Shown here: positions 20,416 through 31,187 of the stretch, piece by piece | Layout: each line of letters begins with the position of its first letter | How positions within the stretch are numbered: position 1 is the first letter of the stretch | Source of the DNA: Deltaproteobacteria bacterium | GTDB taxonomy: Bacteria; Myxococcota_A; Polyangia; Polyangiales; Houyiibacteriaceae | Length of the DNA: 33,143 nt | Direction: 5' to 3' | NCBI GenBank assembly: GCA_034670305.1 | Contig: JAXMNT010000072.1 | Span: 1 to 33,143, forward strand | Program-made: the position numbers and the translations under genes | Notes under the pieces: generated by a model | The model's database searches: none | Told to the model about the DNA's origin: nothing | Seen by the model: the letters and a program-made list of their open reading frames with translations, nothing else

Positions 20416-23400
20416 TTGCCGGCGGACGATGTCATCGACGGGCGCTATCAGATCCTCTCTCCTTTGGGCCGCGGCGGCATGGGAGAGGTGCTTCGTGTAC
20501 TGGACCTGACCACCGACCGAGAGCTCGCGCTCAAGCGCATGATCTTGCCCGACGGCGACCGGCGGCGACGCTCGGCGGCCCGCGCCATCCTGCGTTTCGA
20601 ACGCGAGTTCCACACCCTCGCTTCGCTGAGCCATCCCCGCATCGTGCGCGCCTTCGACTACGGGCGGACCGACATCGGCCCGTACTACACGATGGAGCTG
20701 CTCGAGGGCGAAGACCTGCGCGAGGTGGTGCGGTCCCGCGGACCGCTGGGCGCGGCTGAGACCTGCCGCATCGTTCGGGACATCGCCTCCGCGCTCGCGC
20801 TCGTGCATGCCCGAGGTCTGGTACACCGGGATCTGAGCCCGCGGAACGTGAGGCTCGTGGACGGCCGGGCGGTGCTGTTCGACTTCGGTGTGCTCGTGAA
20901 CGCCGGCGCCGCGCCCAATGTGGCCGGCACGCCGTCCTACGTGGCGCCCGAGATGGTGCACCGCCAACCGATCGATGGCCGCACGGATCTGTATTCGCTC
21001 GGCGTGCTCACCTACTTCGCCCTGACCGGCGTCGTGCCCTTCCGCGCGCGACGGCTCTCGGACCTCGAAGCGTTGTGGGCCCATCCTGCGCGGCCGCTCT
21101 CCGAACACGCCGACGTCCCCGAAGCGCTCGAGGATCTGGTGCTCGACCTCCTGTGCCCGTCGCCGCTCGGACGACCACCGTCGGCGGCCGTCCTCATCGA
21201 CAAGCTCACGTCGATCGGAGAGCTGCCGCGCGATGCCGAACTCGAGATCCAGGCGGGCTTCAACCTCACCGCTGCCCTCGTCGGGCGAGACGACGAACTG
21301 CTGATCTTGGAGCAGAAGATCGACGAGATCACCGGCGGCACCAAACCCAAGTTCGGCAGCGCGCCGGTCGGCCGCAAGAGTGGCGGGGTCGCCATCGAAG
21401 CACCGTCCGGCGTCGGCAAGTCGCGCCTGCTCGGCGAGGTCAAACTGCGCGGGGTGCTCAAAGGCGCGCGCACCCTTCACGTGGCGTGCGAACGGTCCGC
21501 CGGGGAACCTTTTGCGGCCATGGGCGCACTGTTCGAAGAGCTCTTTCGCACCGCGCCCGAAGTCGCTCAGGTCGCGGTGGAACCGCACGCGCCGGTGCTC
21601 GCACGCGCGTTCGACATCGTGCGGCAGCAATTTCCGATGGTGGACCTCGCGCCTTCGAGCGGCGACCCCGCCGAAGAACGCATGCGGTTGCAGCAGGGCG
21701 TGATGGGTGCCCTCTCCGCAGCGGCCAGCCTGGCGCCCTTGATGCTGCTCGTCGACGACGTGCAGCGATGCGACGAAGCGAGCGCCGCGGCGATCGCAGG
21801 ACTCGCGCGCGCGATCACGCCGGGCATGCTGGTCGTCACAGCGCGCCGGATGGGCGAGCCGGTGCAGGCGCCGGCGGCGGTCGCCGCGCTCGGCGCTGTG
21901 CGCCCCAAGATCCTCCTCGGCGGGCTCAGCCGTGAAGGGGTCGAGGCGCTGTTGGAGTCGCTCTTCGGCAGAGCCACCCACATCGGGCGCCTCGCGCACT
22001 GGATGCACCGCAAGACCGGGGGCTCCCCGCTCCACTGCACGGAGCTGACGCGGCGTCTGATCGAAGACGGGATCATCCGGTACGCCGAAGGCAGCTGGGT
22101 GATCCCGCGGGCGTTCGATCTCGATGTGCCGCCCACCGTCGCCGCGGCGATGACCCGGCGGGTCGGCCTGCTCTCCGCCGAGGCGCGCATGCTGGGCGAG
22201 CTCCTCGCGGTCGTCGGTCGGGAAGTCGAGCTGGACCGGGTCGTCGAGCTGGTGGGCACCGCGGGGCCCAACGAGTCGGACCAGGGCAGCGTCGGAACGT
22301 TCGCTTCGCTCGCCGAACTTCAGCACCAAGGGGTGCTCGTCGATCGCGGCGACGAGTTTCATTTTCGCCACGACAGCCTCCAGGAAGCCCTGCTCGCGGG
22401 ACTGAGTCCCGAGCGCGCCCGTTCGCTTCACGGGCGCGTGGCCTCCGTACTGCTCGGGGACGACGAGATCGACGAGGGGGTCGTCGGATGGCACCTGCTG
22501 GAAGCCGGCGAAGACCTGCGCGGCGCCGAACTCCTGGAAGCAGCCGGCCGCCGATTGTACGAGTCGCAGGCGCTGGCGGATTGCATCCAACCTCTCGGTG
22601 CCGCGCTCGCGGTGCGTGCCCGCCACGGTGCGTCGGAGCTGGACCTCGCCGAACTTCACTTCTTTCTGCTGAGCGCCGGGTGGGTCTCCGACGAGTCGAC
22701 CGGGCGCAAACACGCAGAGCCGGCCCTGCGGGCGTGGTCGCGGATCTCAGGGCTGAGCGTGGCCAGGCGCGTCGCCCGCGTGCTCGGTGCCCGCCTGGGC
22801 ATGTTGGTCGGCGTGTGCTGGGCGAACCTGCGGTGGATGTTCCGGCTCTTTCGCGGACCCGGTCCCTTGCGGTCCATGACGCTCTTTGCGCTGGCGCTCG
22901 GGTACGGCTCCGCCCTCTCCTACGCCGCGAACCGCCGGCGCGAACTGGACGCGTTCATCGAACTCGGTCGCCCGTTCCGCGCGTTCCGAGGTCTGGCGCC
23001 CTACGCAGGCTACGCGTTCGTCCTGGCGCTGCGCCACATCCTCCACGGTCACCTCGGCCGGGCGGACACCGAGATCACCCAAGCGCTGCACCTCGTCCGC
23101 AAGCGGCTGTTCAATCCGATGAGTGCCGACGAGCGGCGGCTGGTCGAAGCCGGCGTGCTCTCGGTGCGCATCCTCATCGACGTCAACCAGGGCGAACACG
23201 CCCGGCTCGAACGCGACATCGCACGCATGCGCGAACTCGGGCTTCAGTACTACGACCTCGCCGCCGACACGACGCGCATCGTCGCCGACCGCTACGCGGG
23301 GTTCGAGGCCCGGGCGCGCGCCAAGGAACGCGAGATCGAACCGCGCGCACTACAGCTCGGTTCCTGGTCCACCGATCTCCAGCTCGTCTTGTTCGGCCAC

Positions 23401-24267
23401 CCCGCGCACGCCTTCTGCCACGACGTCGAGGGCCTCAAACAAGACCTCGCCGCGCTCGAGAGCTACGTCGAGCAGGGCTTCGAGTTCACCCCTCGGGTCC
23501 TCATGGCCAAAGGCGAGCTCGCCCGCGAGCGCGGCGATCACTCCGAAGCATCCCGCCTGCTACAAGCCGCGTTCGAACGCGACGAAACGGACCACCTCAT
23601 CCGGCAGTACAGCAGCTGCGCCCTGGCCCAGAATGCGCTCGAGTCCCACGACTACCAGGAAGCCATCCGCTGGGGCGAACGCACCCTCGAACTCGGCGCG
23701 CGGGCGGAAGAGCGGCTGTGGCAACCACGGCTGCGCGCCATCGCTGCGCTCGCCAGAGCGCTCGACGCGGTGGGCGAAAGCGAGCGCGCCGTCGAGTTGC
23801 TGCGTGGCGCGATCGAAAAGGCCGAGGCCATCCGGCACGCGTGCCTCGCGGGGCACCTGCACGTCGCCCGGGCCGTCATCGCGCTGGCCCACGAAGACCA
23901 GGTGCTGTTTCAGCACCACCTGAACCTGGCCGAGTCCTGGTTGCGCCCCACCGAGAACCCGGGCCTGATCGCGCTGGTGGAACGACTCACCGAAGCCTCG
24001 AGAGACGCGCAGCCCGTCGTCGCTCGGCGGCGGCGGATCGGGGCGCCCAGCAGCTCGTTCTCACTCGACCTGCCCAGCACCGTGGCGACCCAGAGTCACT
24101 CCGACGAGGAAGACCCGTCTTCGGAAGCCGACCAGACGGTCGTCACCAGCGGCGCCCGCTCGATGCGCCCGGAGGGTGCGGGCGACGACACCGAGACCGC
24201 GCGTCCCACCGCGCACTCGGAGCTCGACGCGGAACTCGACGCGGACCCGGACTCGGTGCCTGAATGA
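20416..24267 (+). CDS. Ser/Thr protein kinase fused to AAA/STAND-type ATPase and helical repeats
   Basis: GRGGMG, ALK, HRDLSPRN, DFG, GTPSYVAPE and DLYSLG; then LVGR, Walker A (APSGVGKS), Walker B (LLVDD) and TGGSP; the TTG start is uncertain. Confidence 0.92.
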   Translation: MPADDVIDGRYQILSPLGRGGMGEVLRVLDLTTDRELALKRMILPDGDRRRRSAARAILRFEREFHTLASLSHPRIVRAFDYGRTDIGPYYTMELLEGEDLREVVRSRGPLGAAETCRIVRDIASALALVHARGLVHRDLSPRNVRLVDGRAVLFDFGVLVNAGAAPNVAGTPSYVAPEMVHRQPIDGRTDLYSLGVLTYFALTGVVPFRARRLSDLEALWAHPARPLSEHADVPEALEDLVLDLLCPSPLGRPPSAAVLIDKLTSIGELPRDAELEIQAGFNLTAALVGRDDELLILEQKIDEITGGTKPKFGSAPVGRKSGGVAIEAPSGVGKSRLLGEVKLRGVLKGARTLHVACERSAGEPFAAMGALFEELFRTAPEVAQVAVEPHAPVLARAFDIVRQQFPMVDLAPSSGDPAEERMRLQQGVMGALSAAASLAPLMLLVDDVQRCDEASAAAIAGLARAITPGMLVVTARRMGEPVQAPAAVAALGAVRPKILLGGLSREGVEALLESLFGRATHIGRLAHWMHRKTGGSPLHCTELTRRLIEDGIIRYAEGSWVIPRAFDLDVPPTVAAAMTRRVGLLSAEARMLGELLAVVGREVELDRVVELVGTAGPNESDQGSVGTFASLAELQHQGVLVDRGDEFHFRHDSLQEALLAGLSPERARSLHGRVASVLLGDDEIDEGVVGWHLLEAGEDLRGAELLEAAGRRLYESQALADCIQPLGAALAVRARHGASELDLAELHFFLLSAGWVSDESTGRKHAEPALRAWSRISGLSVARRVARVLGARLGMLVGVCWANLRWMFRLFRGPGPLRSMTLFALALGYGSALSYAANRRRELDAFIELGRPFRAFRGLAPYAGYAFVLALRHILHGHLGRADTEITQALHLVRKRLFNPMSADERRLVEAGVLSVRILIDVNQGEHARLERDIARMRELGLQYYDLAADTTRIVADRYAGFEARARAKEREIEPRALQLGSWSTDLQLVLFGHPAHAFCHDVEGLKQDLAALESYVEQGFEFTPRVLMAKGELARERGDHSEASRLLQAAFERDETDHLIRQYSSCALAQNALESHDYQEAIRWGERTLELGARAEERLWQPRLRAIAALARALDAVGESERAVELLRGAIEKAEAIRHACLAGHLHVARAVIALAHEDQVLFQHHLNLAESWLRPTENPGLIALVERLTEASRDAQPVVARRRRIGAPSSSFSLDLPSTVATQSHSDEEDPSSEADQTVVTSGARSMRPEGAGDDTETARPTAHSELDAELDADPDSVPE

Positions 24268-25124
24268 TCTGGATCCGTGGGCTCCTGGTCGCCGGCGTCC
24301 TCGCGATCAGCTCGACCGCCTCGGCGGGGGCATGGACTCCGGCGCCCAACCACGGCTATTCGAAGTTCTGGGTCAAATGGCACTGGGGCTGGGGGTTCGT
24401 GGACGGCGACGGGGGCCGGCACCGCATCGGCAACTACCACGACGTCACCTTCGCGACGTACGGCGACCTCGGCATCGCGCCAGGGTTGGCGGTCTTCTGG
24501 CACTCGGACCTCGTGCGCTTCTACTCGCTGGAAGACAGCCGCGACGACTCCGCGAACCTGCACATCTCACCCGGGGATCCAGCCCTCGGTTTTCGCTGGC
24601 AGTTCGTGCGGGGCGACCGACTCGCCATGTCTTTGGAGCTCGGCGCCCGGGCCCCGATCGCGGACGCCGAGCCGGTTCAGGTCGTCTACGCACGCAACGA
24701 TCCCCACGAAGCGGTGGGTGCCCTTCAGGTCGGCGACGGGGCGTGGAGTGTGCGGCCCGTGCTCAGCTTCGGATACGCGTTCGACTCGGTCTACCTCGGG
24801 AGTTCCGTGAGCTACCAGTACCGCGCGCGCGGATACGACGACCGCCTGGCGTGGAGCGCGGAGGTGGGCATGACCTTCAACGAACGCTCCGGAGGCCGGC
24901 TTCGTGCGTCTGGCAGCTACTCGCTCTTCAACGGCACCGCCGAACGATCGAACAGCCCGAACGGTCGCGGCAACGGCTCGTCGTGGACGGGGCTCGCGGT
25001 CGAACTCGACTACCGCCTGACCGGCAAGTGGTACGCCGGCGTCACGATCGAAGGCGGCCTCGGAGCCATCCGCCGCTTGAGCGGCGGTCCGGTGATCAGC
25101 CTTTCCGTCGCGACTCAGTACTGA
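24264..25124 (+). CDS. Exported, probable outer-membrane beta-barrel protein
   Basis: Signal peptide (...STASA-GAW); amphipathic aromatic-rich strands; C-terminal aromatic residue (SLSVATQY); ATGA overlap with the kinase gene. Confidence 0.7.
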   Translation: MIWIRGLLVAGVLAISSTASAGAWTPAPNHGYSKFWVKWHWGWGFVDGDGGRHRIGNYHDVTFATYGDLGIAPGLAVFWHSDLVRFYSLEDSRDDSANLHISPGDPALGFRWQFVRGDRLAMSLELGARAPIADAEPVQVVYARNDPHEAVGALQVGDGAWSVRPVLSFGYAFDSVYLGSSVSYQYRARGYDDRLAWSAEVGMTFNERSGGRLRASGSYSLFNGTAERSNSPNGRGNGSSWTGLAVELDYRLTGKWYAGVTIEGGLGAIRRLSGGPVISLSVATQY

Positions 25125-25527
25125 GCCAGACTTCGAACACCCCGCCGCGATACGTCGCCGCGACTCCGGCCGCGAGTCGGTGACGCTCGCTGATGCCCGG
25201 CCATGCGCAGCCATCGCGTCGCCGCAACGGGGCCGCTCCGGCCCGAGGTGGGTAGCCCACCTGCCGAGCTGCCTCGGTGCAGGAGGCGGCACTCACACGA
25301 ACTCGAATCCGTTGCGCGATGCCGCGTTCGAAACGGATGGCGAGGCGACCTCCGTACCGGGTCCAACCCGCTTCTTCGCCGGTCGCAACAAGCGTGCGCT
25401 CGATGCGGGCTCGGCTTTGTCCAACGAGAGTCGACACGTTCACTGTGATGGATGGGTCCGGGGGCTGCGCGAGCAGGCCGCCCACACTGAAAGAGAGGCC
25501 GGCAAGGACCACCATGATGAACTTCAT
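25096..25527 (-). CDS. Small hypothetical exported protein
   Basis: ATG at 25527 gives signal-peptide-like MKFIMVVLAGLSFSVGGLLA; lies downstream of the phosphoesterase on the same strand. Confidence 0.6.
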   Translation of the reverse strand: MKFIMVVLAGLSFSVGGLLAQPPDPSITVNVSTLVGQSRARIERTLVATGEEAGWTRYGGRLAIRFERGIAQRIRVRVSAASCTEAARQVGYPPRAGAAPLRRRDGCAWPGISERHRLAAGVAATYRGGVFEVWLSTESRRKG

Positions 25528-25586
25528 GTCTCTGGTACGCACCGACCGCGGCAATCCTTGGACTCCTTGCCGCGGAAACCTGCCCA

Positions 25587-27668
25587 CTACGGGAACACGG
25601 GATGGACGTCGAGCGATCCCGCGTCGCCGGTCAGCACCGTCTCCGAAGCGACCTCGTCTCGAAGTTCCGCTGCGGTCCAGGCCGCGGCCACCCCGTCGTT
25701 CAGCACGAACGGAAGCAGCAGGTTGCGGTCGTCCGCTTCTGCGAGACCACCCTGATCGCCGCGGGTCGACGCGAGGTACGCGCGCGAGATGAACCGGCCG
25801 CGGCGCGTCAGGCTGTCGGCCGGCAGCCGCATGTCCTGCACCGTGAGGTAGATCGCGCCGAGGTTGCCGCCGACATGGACCACCTCGAAGAAGCGGCCCT
25901 GGTGGGGGAAGTCCACGGCGCCCGTCGTCGTGACCTCCCAGTAGCCGGTCTCGTCGTCGGCACCGGCGGCGCAACGGCCGTCGCCGGACCCATCGAGGAA
26001 CGTGCCGTTCGCACAGATCGCGCGGACCTGGTGGCGGTGGTTGTGCCCCGCAAGGTGCGCGACCACGACGCCGCTCGAAGCCAGCAGACGCCGGAACGCG
26101 GGCGCAGACATCGGCTCGTTCGGGGTCGGGACCCACTCGTTCCAGATCCCGATCAGCAGCTCGTTGTCCTCGATGAAGCTCCGGTACGAGTTCAGCGCGG
26201 GCTCGGTGACGATGTCCTGCGACGACTGGTGGCTCAGGACGATCACCCCGACGTTCTCACTGGCCGCGCGTTCGAGTTCGGTCTCGAGGAACGCGATCTG
26301 GTCGTAGCGGGGATCGTCCCGACACGGCTCGCCGCCGACCATGCAGCCGACCGGCGGACGCGAGAGAATGCCCTCCGCTCCACCTTCGACCGGACCGAGG
26401 GCGAGTGCGACGACGCGCAGCACCGGGGTGACATCCCAGGTGAACCAGCCCGCCGCGGGGGCGGTGGGGTCGTCGGCGATGCGGGCCTCGCACGCGCCCC
26501 CATCGTCCGGGAAGCCGTGGCCTGCCGGAAGCCCCGTGGCGTCGCGGTGCGCGGCGACGTAGCTGCAGAGGTCCACGGTGGCACGGGCCGGGTCGGCCTC
26601 GACCTCGGCGGCGGGGATGCCCCGGAACTCCGCCGCGCGGTACTGCATCTGGGACAGGTCGAACGCCTCGGTATCGACCGCGAACATCGCCCGGTTCTCC
26701 GGGACGAGGTAGCCGCGGTGTTCGGTCCCGGTGCTGTGGTTGGGAAGCGTCAGACCCACCACTCGGAGGAGCGGCGACAAGGCCGCGATCGCCTCCGGCG
26801 AGTCGTTGACCGCGGTGATCAAACCGGGCGGGAAGTTCCCGTTCACCAGCACGTCGTGGTTGCCAGCGATGTTCACCCACGGCACGCCGTCTGGGACCCC
26901 AGCAGCCACGAAGGGGTCGTATGCATCGTTGCCCGGTCCAGGCACGACGTCGTCGCGCGCGCCGCTGTCGGTCTGGATCTCGCCACCGTTCATCGAGGTC
27001 AGGAACCAGTCGAGTTCGTTCTCCTGCGCGTTCTCGATCGCGTCGCCGACCACGATGACCGCGTCGAGCGCGTACTGTTCGTGAAACGCGTTGGCCGCAC
27101 GCATCAGCGCGTCGCCCATCTGCGGAATGATCTCGCCCCAAGGCCGGTACGCGGGCAAACCACCGGCGTTGTTCTTCGGCTGAAGTGAGGGGCTGTCCAC
27201 GTCGACGATCTGCGGGTCTCCGAACACGAAGGTGTGCAGGGCCGAACGGGCGGCTTCCGGCAACGCACCCGGCGTCCAGTCGATCGCCACGCCGTCCGGC
27301 AACGCGAGCTGGTCGCGCACCAGGTGCGGCTCGCCGGGCTGCGGGTGGATCACACCATACTCGTCGAGCGGCACGCGAGGCAGGTTGCGCTCCACGTACA
27401 GCTCCCAGCCGTAGCGGGGCGCGTAGGTCTCGCTCAGCGTGGTGACGATGCGCTCGTCCCCCACGCCCGTGTACGCGTCGTCGAACGCGGGATCCTGCGG
27501 CAACGGATCGGGCGGCTCGACGAAGGCATCGACGCCCGCATCGGTCGCTGCGTCGTCCGCCACCACCGCATCGGCGCCCGCGTCCATCATCGCCATGGTG
27601 TCGTCGTCACCGCAGCCGAAGCCCACGCACAACGCACACACCCACCACCCACCAAGAAGCCGAGTCAT
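25587..27668 (-). CDS. Calcineurin-like metallophosphoesterase lipoprotein
   Basis: Lipobox VGFG-C; metal motifs GDPQ, GDAIEN, GNHD, LSH and AGHNH; resembles the extended TIGR03767/TIGR03768-type phosphoesterases. Confidence 0.85.
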   Translation of the reverse strand: MTRLLGGWWVCALCVGFGCGDDDTMAMMDAGADAVVADDAATDAGVDAFVEPPDPLPQDPAFDDAYTGVGDERIVTTLSETYAPRYGWELYVERNLPRVPLDEYGVIHPQPGEPHLVRDQLALPDGVAIDWTPGALPEAARSALHTFVFGDPQIVDVDSPSLQPKNNAGGLPAYRPWGEIIPQMGDALMRAANAFHEQYALDAVIVVGDAIENAQENELDWFLTSMNGGEIQTDSGARDDVVPGPGNDAYDPFVAAGVPDGVPWVNIAGNHDVLVNGNFPPGLITAVNDSPEAIAALSPLLRVVGLTLPNHSTGTEHRGYLVPENRAMFAVDTEAFDLSQMQYRAAEFRGIPAAEVEADPARATVDLCSYVAAHRDATGLPAGHGFPDDGGACEARIADDPTAPAAGWFTWDVTPVLRVVALALGPVEGGAEGILSRPPVGCMVGGEPCRDDPRYDQIAFLETELERAASENVGVIVLSHQSSQDIVTEPALNSYRSFIEDNELLIGIWNEWVPTPNEPMSAPAFRRLLASSGVVVAHLAGHNHRHQVRAICANGTFLDGSGDGRCAAGADDETGYWEVTTTGAVDFPHQGRFFEVVHVGGNLGAIYLTVQDMRLPADSLTRRGRFISRAYLASTRGDQGGLAEADDRNLLLPFVLNDGVAAAWTAAELRDEVASETVLTGDAGSLDVHPVFP

Positions 27669-27734
27669 GCTTCTGTGTAGGTCACAAACCGAGGCGTGAC
27701 CAGCGTGCCGCGGTCAGGAGTAGGTGCCGCGGTC

Positions 27735-28058
27735 CGGAGCGGAAGCGGGATCGGCAGCAGCTCGGCGTCGGGATCGGCTCGCAGCGGCTTCGGGAGCGGC
27801 TTCGGCTTTGGCTTCGGCTTCGGGGTCGGGGTCGGCGTCGGCTTCGGCTTCGGCGTCGGCTTCGGCTTCGGGGTCGGGGTCGGAGCCGGCTTCGGCTTCG
27901 GCGTCGGCTTCGGCTTCGGGACCCACAGAATCAGCGGCAGGATCAGCGGCAGGATCAGCGGCAGCATCAGCGGCAGCATCAGCGGCAGAATCAGCGGCAG
28001 AATCAGCGGCAGAATCAGCGGCAGGAACAGCAGGAACAGCGTCCGCGGCAGCAGGCAT
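27735..28058. repeat. Period-6 tract 3: (TCGG-NN)n, then 12-mer ATCAGCGGCAGN x8
   Basis: ggcttc/ggggtc/ggcgtc units up to 27920; eight 12-bp units at 27930-28025. Confidence 0.95.
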
Positions 28059-28068
28059 CCTGGCCCGC

Positions 28069-28980
28069 CTACGAAGTCGTCAGCCCGTCGACTGCGCCGA
28101 GCGCGTAGTCGTGGAACCGCGCCGCCGTCCCGCTGAGCTGCGCGGACGGCATGACCCAGGAGAACCGGCGGCGGATTGCCAAACCATCGACCGCAACCGC
28201 CCGCAGCCGGCCGTGGGAGAGGTCCTCGTCGATCGACCAGCGGGACAAGAAGGCGATGCCGAGCCGAAGCAGCGCGGCCTTTCGAATGGCGGCGGTGCTT
28301 CCGAGCTCCAAGTCGCGTTGTTCGGGTCGCCGGCCGACCTTCTTGAGCGCGCGCTCGACCACCGTGCGCGTGCCCGACCCGACCTCCCGCCAGAGCACGG
28401 GCAAGTCCAGCCCCGACTCGAGGCGCGGCCGCTCGGGTCCGTTCGCCGCGACCACCGGCAAGAGCGTGTCGTCCAGGAACCGCTTGAGGTGCAGCCCCGG
28501 TGCCCGCGACGGTCCCTCCGCCAGCCCGAGCGGAATCCGGCGCTCGCGCACGTCGGAGAGGATGCGGGTCGTATTGCCCACCACCAGACGAACCGACACC
28601 GCGCCTTCCGATTCACGGAACTGCGAGATGAGCCGCGGCATCAACCCAGACGCGATGGTGGTGCTCGCTCCGATGACCAGCGGCGCCAACTGCTCCCTGC
28701 GCTCGGTCACGTCCGCGACCGCTTCGTCGAGCAGCGCGTCCATGCGGCGCGCGTGGGCCGCGAGCTTGCGTCCAGCGTCGGTCGGCACGACCCCGCGGGC
28801 GTGCCGTTCGAAGAGCGCCACCCCGAGCGCACCCTCGAGCCGCTGAATCGTGGCCGTCACCGCGGGCTGCGAGATGTGGAGGGCCCGTGCAGCCTTCGTG
28901 AAGCTGCCCGCGTCCGCCACCACCCGGACCACCGCCAGGTGTCGAGAATCCACCGCATCGCGCGCCGCATCGGAAGTCAT
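28069..28980 (-). CDS. LysR family regulator (YeiE/CysL-like)
   Basis: HTH motif [51 protein letters not shown] and ELGSTAAI; divergent from yeiH; alternative GTG start at 28953. Confidence 0.93.
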   Translation of the reverse strand: MTSDAARDAVDSRHLAVVRVVADAGSFTKAARALHISQPAVTATIQRLEGALGVALFERHARGVVPTDAGRKLAAHARRMDALLDEAVADVTERREQLAPLVIGASTTIASGLMPRLISQFRESEGAVSVRLVVGNTTRILSDVRERRIPLGLAEGPSRAPGLHLKRFLDDTLLPVVAANGPERPRLESGLDLPVLWREVGSGTRTVVERALKKVGRRPEQRDLELGSTAAIRKAALLRLGIAFLSRWSIDEDLSHGRLRAVAVDGLAIRRRFSWVMPSAQLSGTAARFHDYALGAVDGLTTS

Positions 28981-28994
28981 AATCTGTAGTTATG
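28978..28994. promoter_or_regulatory. LysR-type binding box CATAA-N7-TTATG
   Basis: Perfect inverted repeat containing T-N11-A, between the divergent LysR and yeiH genes. Confidence 0.75.
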
Positions 28995-29040
28995 CTACAT
29001 CCGCACAAACGATTCGTCATGTCGATACCTACACCGCACC

Positions 29041-30093
29041 ATGCTTTCCGTGAGCACGCTGCCCATCCCGACGAACCTGACTCCGCTGCACGCCGTGCCG
29101 GCCGCCGCCGAGGCACCGGCTTCAAGTGCGGCGTCGTGGGCCCACAAGGCCATCGTGCCCGCGGCCGCCATCGCTTGCTGGGCGCTGGACCTGGGCTCCG
29201 CGACCGCGCTCTTGCTCGGTGTCGCCGTTGCCCTCTGCGGCGCGAACGCGTGGGAAGCGCAGACCGCGCGCTGGAGCAAGCGGTTGCTCGCGCTCTCGGT
29301 GGTCGGCCTCGGCGCGGGGCTCAACCTCTACGAAGTGTTCGACGTTGGCGTCTTTGGCGCGTCGTTCGCCGTGCTCAGCATCGGCTTCTGCCTCGCGACG
29401 GGCGCGCTGCTCGCGCGCTGCTTCCGAGTCGACGCGGTGACGGGGCTCCTGGTCGCCTGCGGCACCGCCATCTGCGGCGGGAGCGCCATCGCCGCTGTCG
29501 CCCCGACCGTGCGGGCCGAAGAACATCAGGTCACCGCCGCCCTCGGCACCGTCTTCCTCTTGAACGCCGTCGCCCTCGTGCTCTTTCCGCTGGTCGGCGA
29601 CGCGCTCGATCTCGACGCGCAGTCGTTCGGCCTGTGGTGCGCCATCGCCATCCACGACACGAGCTCCGTGGTCGGGGCCGCAATGACCCACGGCGAAGAA
29701 GCATTGGAAATCGCCACGACCGTGAAGCTCAGCCGCGCGCTCTGGATCATCCCGGTGACGTTGGTTCTTGCCTACCAGACCCGGAAGCGGATGCGCGCGT
29801 CGGCGACTGAAGGCGACGTGGGCGAAGCCGAGCCCAAGGCCGCGCGCCCTTGGTTCATCCTCGGGTTCGTCGTGGTCGCGGCGCTCGTGACCTTCATCCC
29901 GAGTTTCGCCCCGGTCGGCGAGACCATCGGCGCGGTCGCCCGCCGCCTTCTCGTCGTCACGCTCTTCCTCATCGGCGCCTCGCTCGGCCGCGCCGCGCTC
30001 AAGCGAGTCGGCGTGCGCCCCTTCCTCCAGGGCGTGACGCTGTGGGCCATCGTCTCCGCCGCATCACTCGCCGCCATCCTCGCCTTCGCCTGA
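29041..30093 (+). CDS. yeiH: YeiH family putative sulfate exporter
   Basis: [45 protein letters not shown] and PWFILGF; multiple TM helices. Confidence 0.9.
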   Translation: MLSVSTLPIPTNLTPLHAVPAAAEAPASSAASWAHKAIVPAAAIACWALDLGSATALLLGVAVALCGANAWEAQTARWSKRLLALSVVGLGAGLNLYEVFDVGVFGASFAVLSIGFCLATGALLARCFRVDAVTGLLVACGTAICGGSAIAAVAPTVRAEEHQVTAALGTVFLLNAVALVLFPLVGDALDLDAQSFGLWCAIAIHDTSSVVGAAMTHGEEALEIATTVKLSRALWIIPVTLVLAYQTRKRMRASATEGDVGEAEPKAARPWFILGFVVVAALVTFIPSFAPVGETIGAVARRLLVVTLFLIGASLGRAALKRVGVRPFLQGVTLWAIVSAASLAAILAFA

Positions 30094-30094
30094 G

Positions 30095-30462
30095 GCAGGC
30101 AGCGGCGGCGGCAGCGGCAGCGACAGTGGCAGTGGCAGCGACAGCGGCAGCGGCAGCGGCAGCGGGCAGCGGCAGCGGCAGCGGGCAGCGGCAGCGGCAG
30201 CGGCAGCGGCAGCGGGCAGCGTCGGCGGTCGGAGCCGGCGTCGGCATCGGCTTCGGCATCGGAGTCGGCTTCGGCATCGGCGTCGGCATCGGCATCGGCA
30301 TCGGCATCGGCGTCGGCTTCGGGGTCGGCATCGGCGTCGGCTTCGGAGTCGGCATCGGCATCGGCGTCGGCATCGGCATCGGCTTCGGCTTCGGCATCGG
30401 CATCGGCTTCGGCGTCGGCTTCGGGAGCGGGTTCCGCAGCGGCTTCAGCAGCGGCATCGGAG
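30095..30462. repeat. Period-6 tract 4: (CAGCGG)n then (TCGG-NN)n
   Basis: Starts right after the yeiH TGA; ggcagc/gacagt units, then ggcatc/ggcttc/ggcgtc units; lies between convergent genes. Confidence 0.95.
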
Positions 30463-30476
30463 ACCTCCGATTCGGA

Positions 30477-31187
30477 TCAACCGCCCCCTCTCTCCTCCCG
30501 CCAGTTCCACACCGCTGCCTCGCCCGAGTGATCCGGCAGCAGCACCCCATCCTCTTTTCCGGGCCGCACGAACTTCGCTACGTGCAACACCGTGCCTTCC
30601 CGTTCGAGCCGCCACACCGCGCCCTCCGCGACGTCCAGGGCGCCGTGGTGGCCGTGGGTGCCCAGCCGTTCGAGCGCCAGCTCCACCGAACACGCAGCGC
30701 CATGATGAAGCAGCGCAGGCAGGACGACCTCCGCCCGTTCTGCCCGCTCGGTCAGCTCTTCGGTCGACGCGCGTTCGCTGCCCCGCATCAGGTCGAACGC
30801 AACGAACGGCTCGTGGTGGAGCGCGTACCGGGTGGCATGCGCCAGCGCCAACCATTCTCCCACCAAGCGTTCGCCGGGTTCCAACACCGCGAGGAATCGG
30901 TCCGCGTGAGTATCGACCCACCGCGCGAACAAGCGACGGCCTTCGTTGCGCGACTCGGCCGCCAAGTCGCCGGCCCGGCCGAGCGCAACGATCGCGTCGT
31001 CGATGCGCGCGACTCCGACGCACGATCCATCGAGCTTCTCGCGCACCAACACCTCCTCGCCAGGTTTGGCCGCGTCGATCAAGCGGGCCGCGATGGAGAC
31101 GTCGATGTGGCGGTCGGACGGTCCGGTACGTGACCCCGGCAGGTGCGGGATCGATCCGTAGCAGCGGTGGCCAAGCGGCCGCTTCAC
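30477..31187 (-). CDS. RNA ligase family protein (stand-alone adenylyltransferase domain)
   Basis: Covalent nucleotidyltransferase motifs I EKLDG, III GEW, IIIa FVAFD, IV EGAV and V AKFV; N-terminal [14 protein letters not shown] overlap with the upstream gene. Confidence 0.85.
   Translation of the reverse strand: MKRPLGHRCYGSIPHLPGSRTGPSDRHIDVSIAARLIDAAKPGEEVLVREKLDGSCVGVARIDDAIVALGRAGDLAAESRNEGRRLFARWVDTHADRFLAVLEPGERLVGEWLALAHATRYALHHEPFVAFDLMRGSERASTEELTERAERAEVVLPALLHHGAACSVELALERLGTHGHHGALDVAEGAVWRLEREGTVLHVAKFVRPGKEDGVLLPDHSGEAAVWNWREERGGG

Noticed and set aside
30477-31187. ATP-dependent DNA ligase
   Set aside because: Only 236 aa with no room for a C-terminal OB domain after motif V; the N-terminal PHLP motif fits the RNA-ligase family better, though the substrate is unproven.
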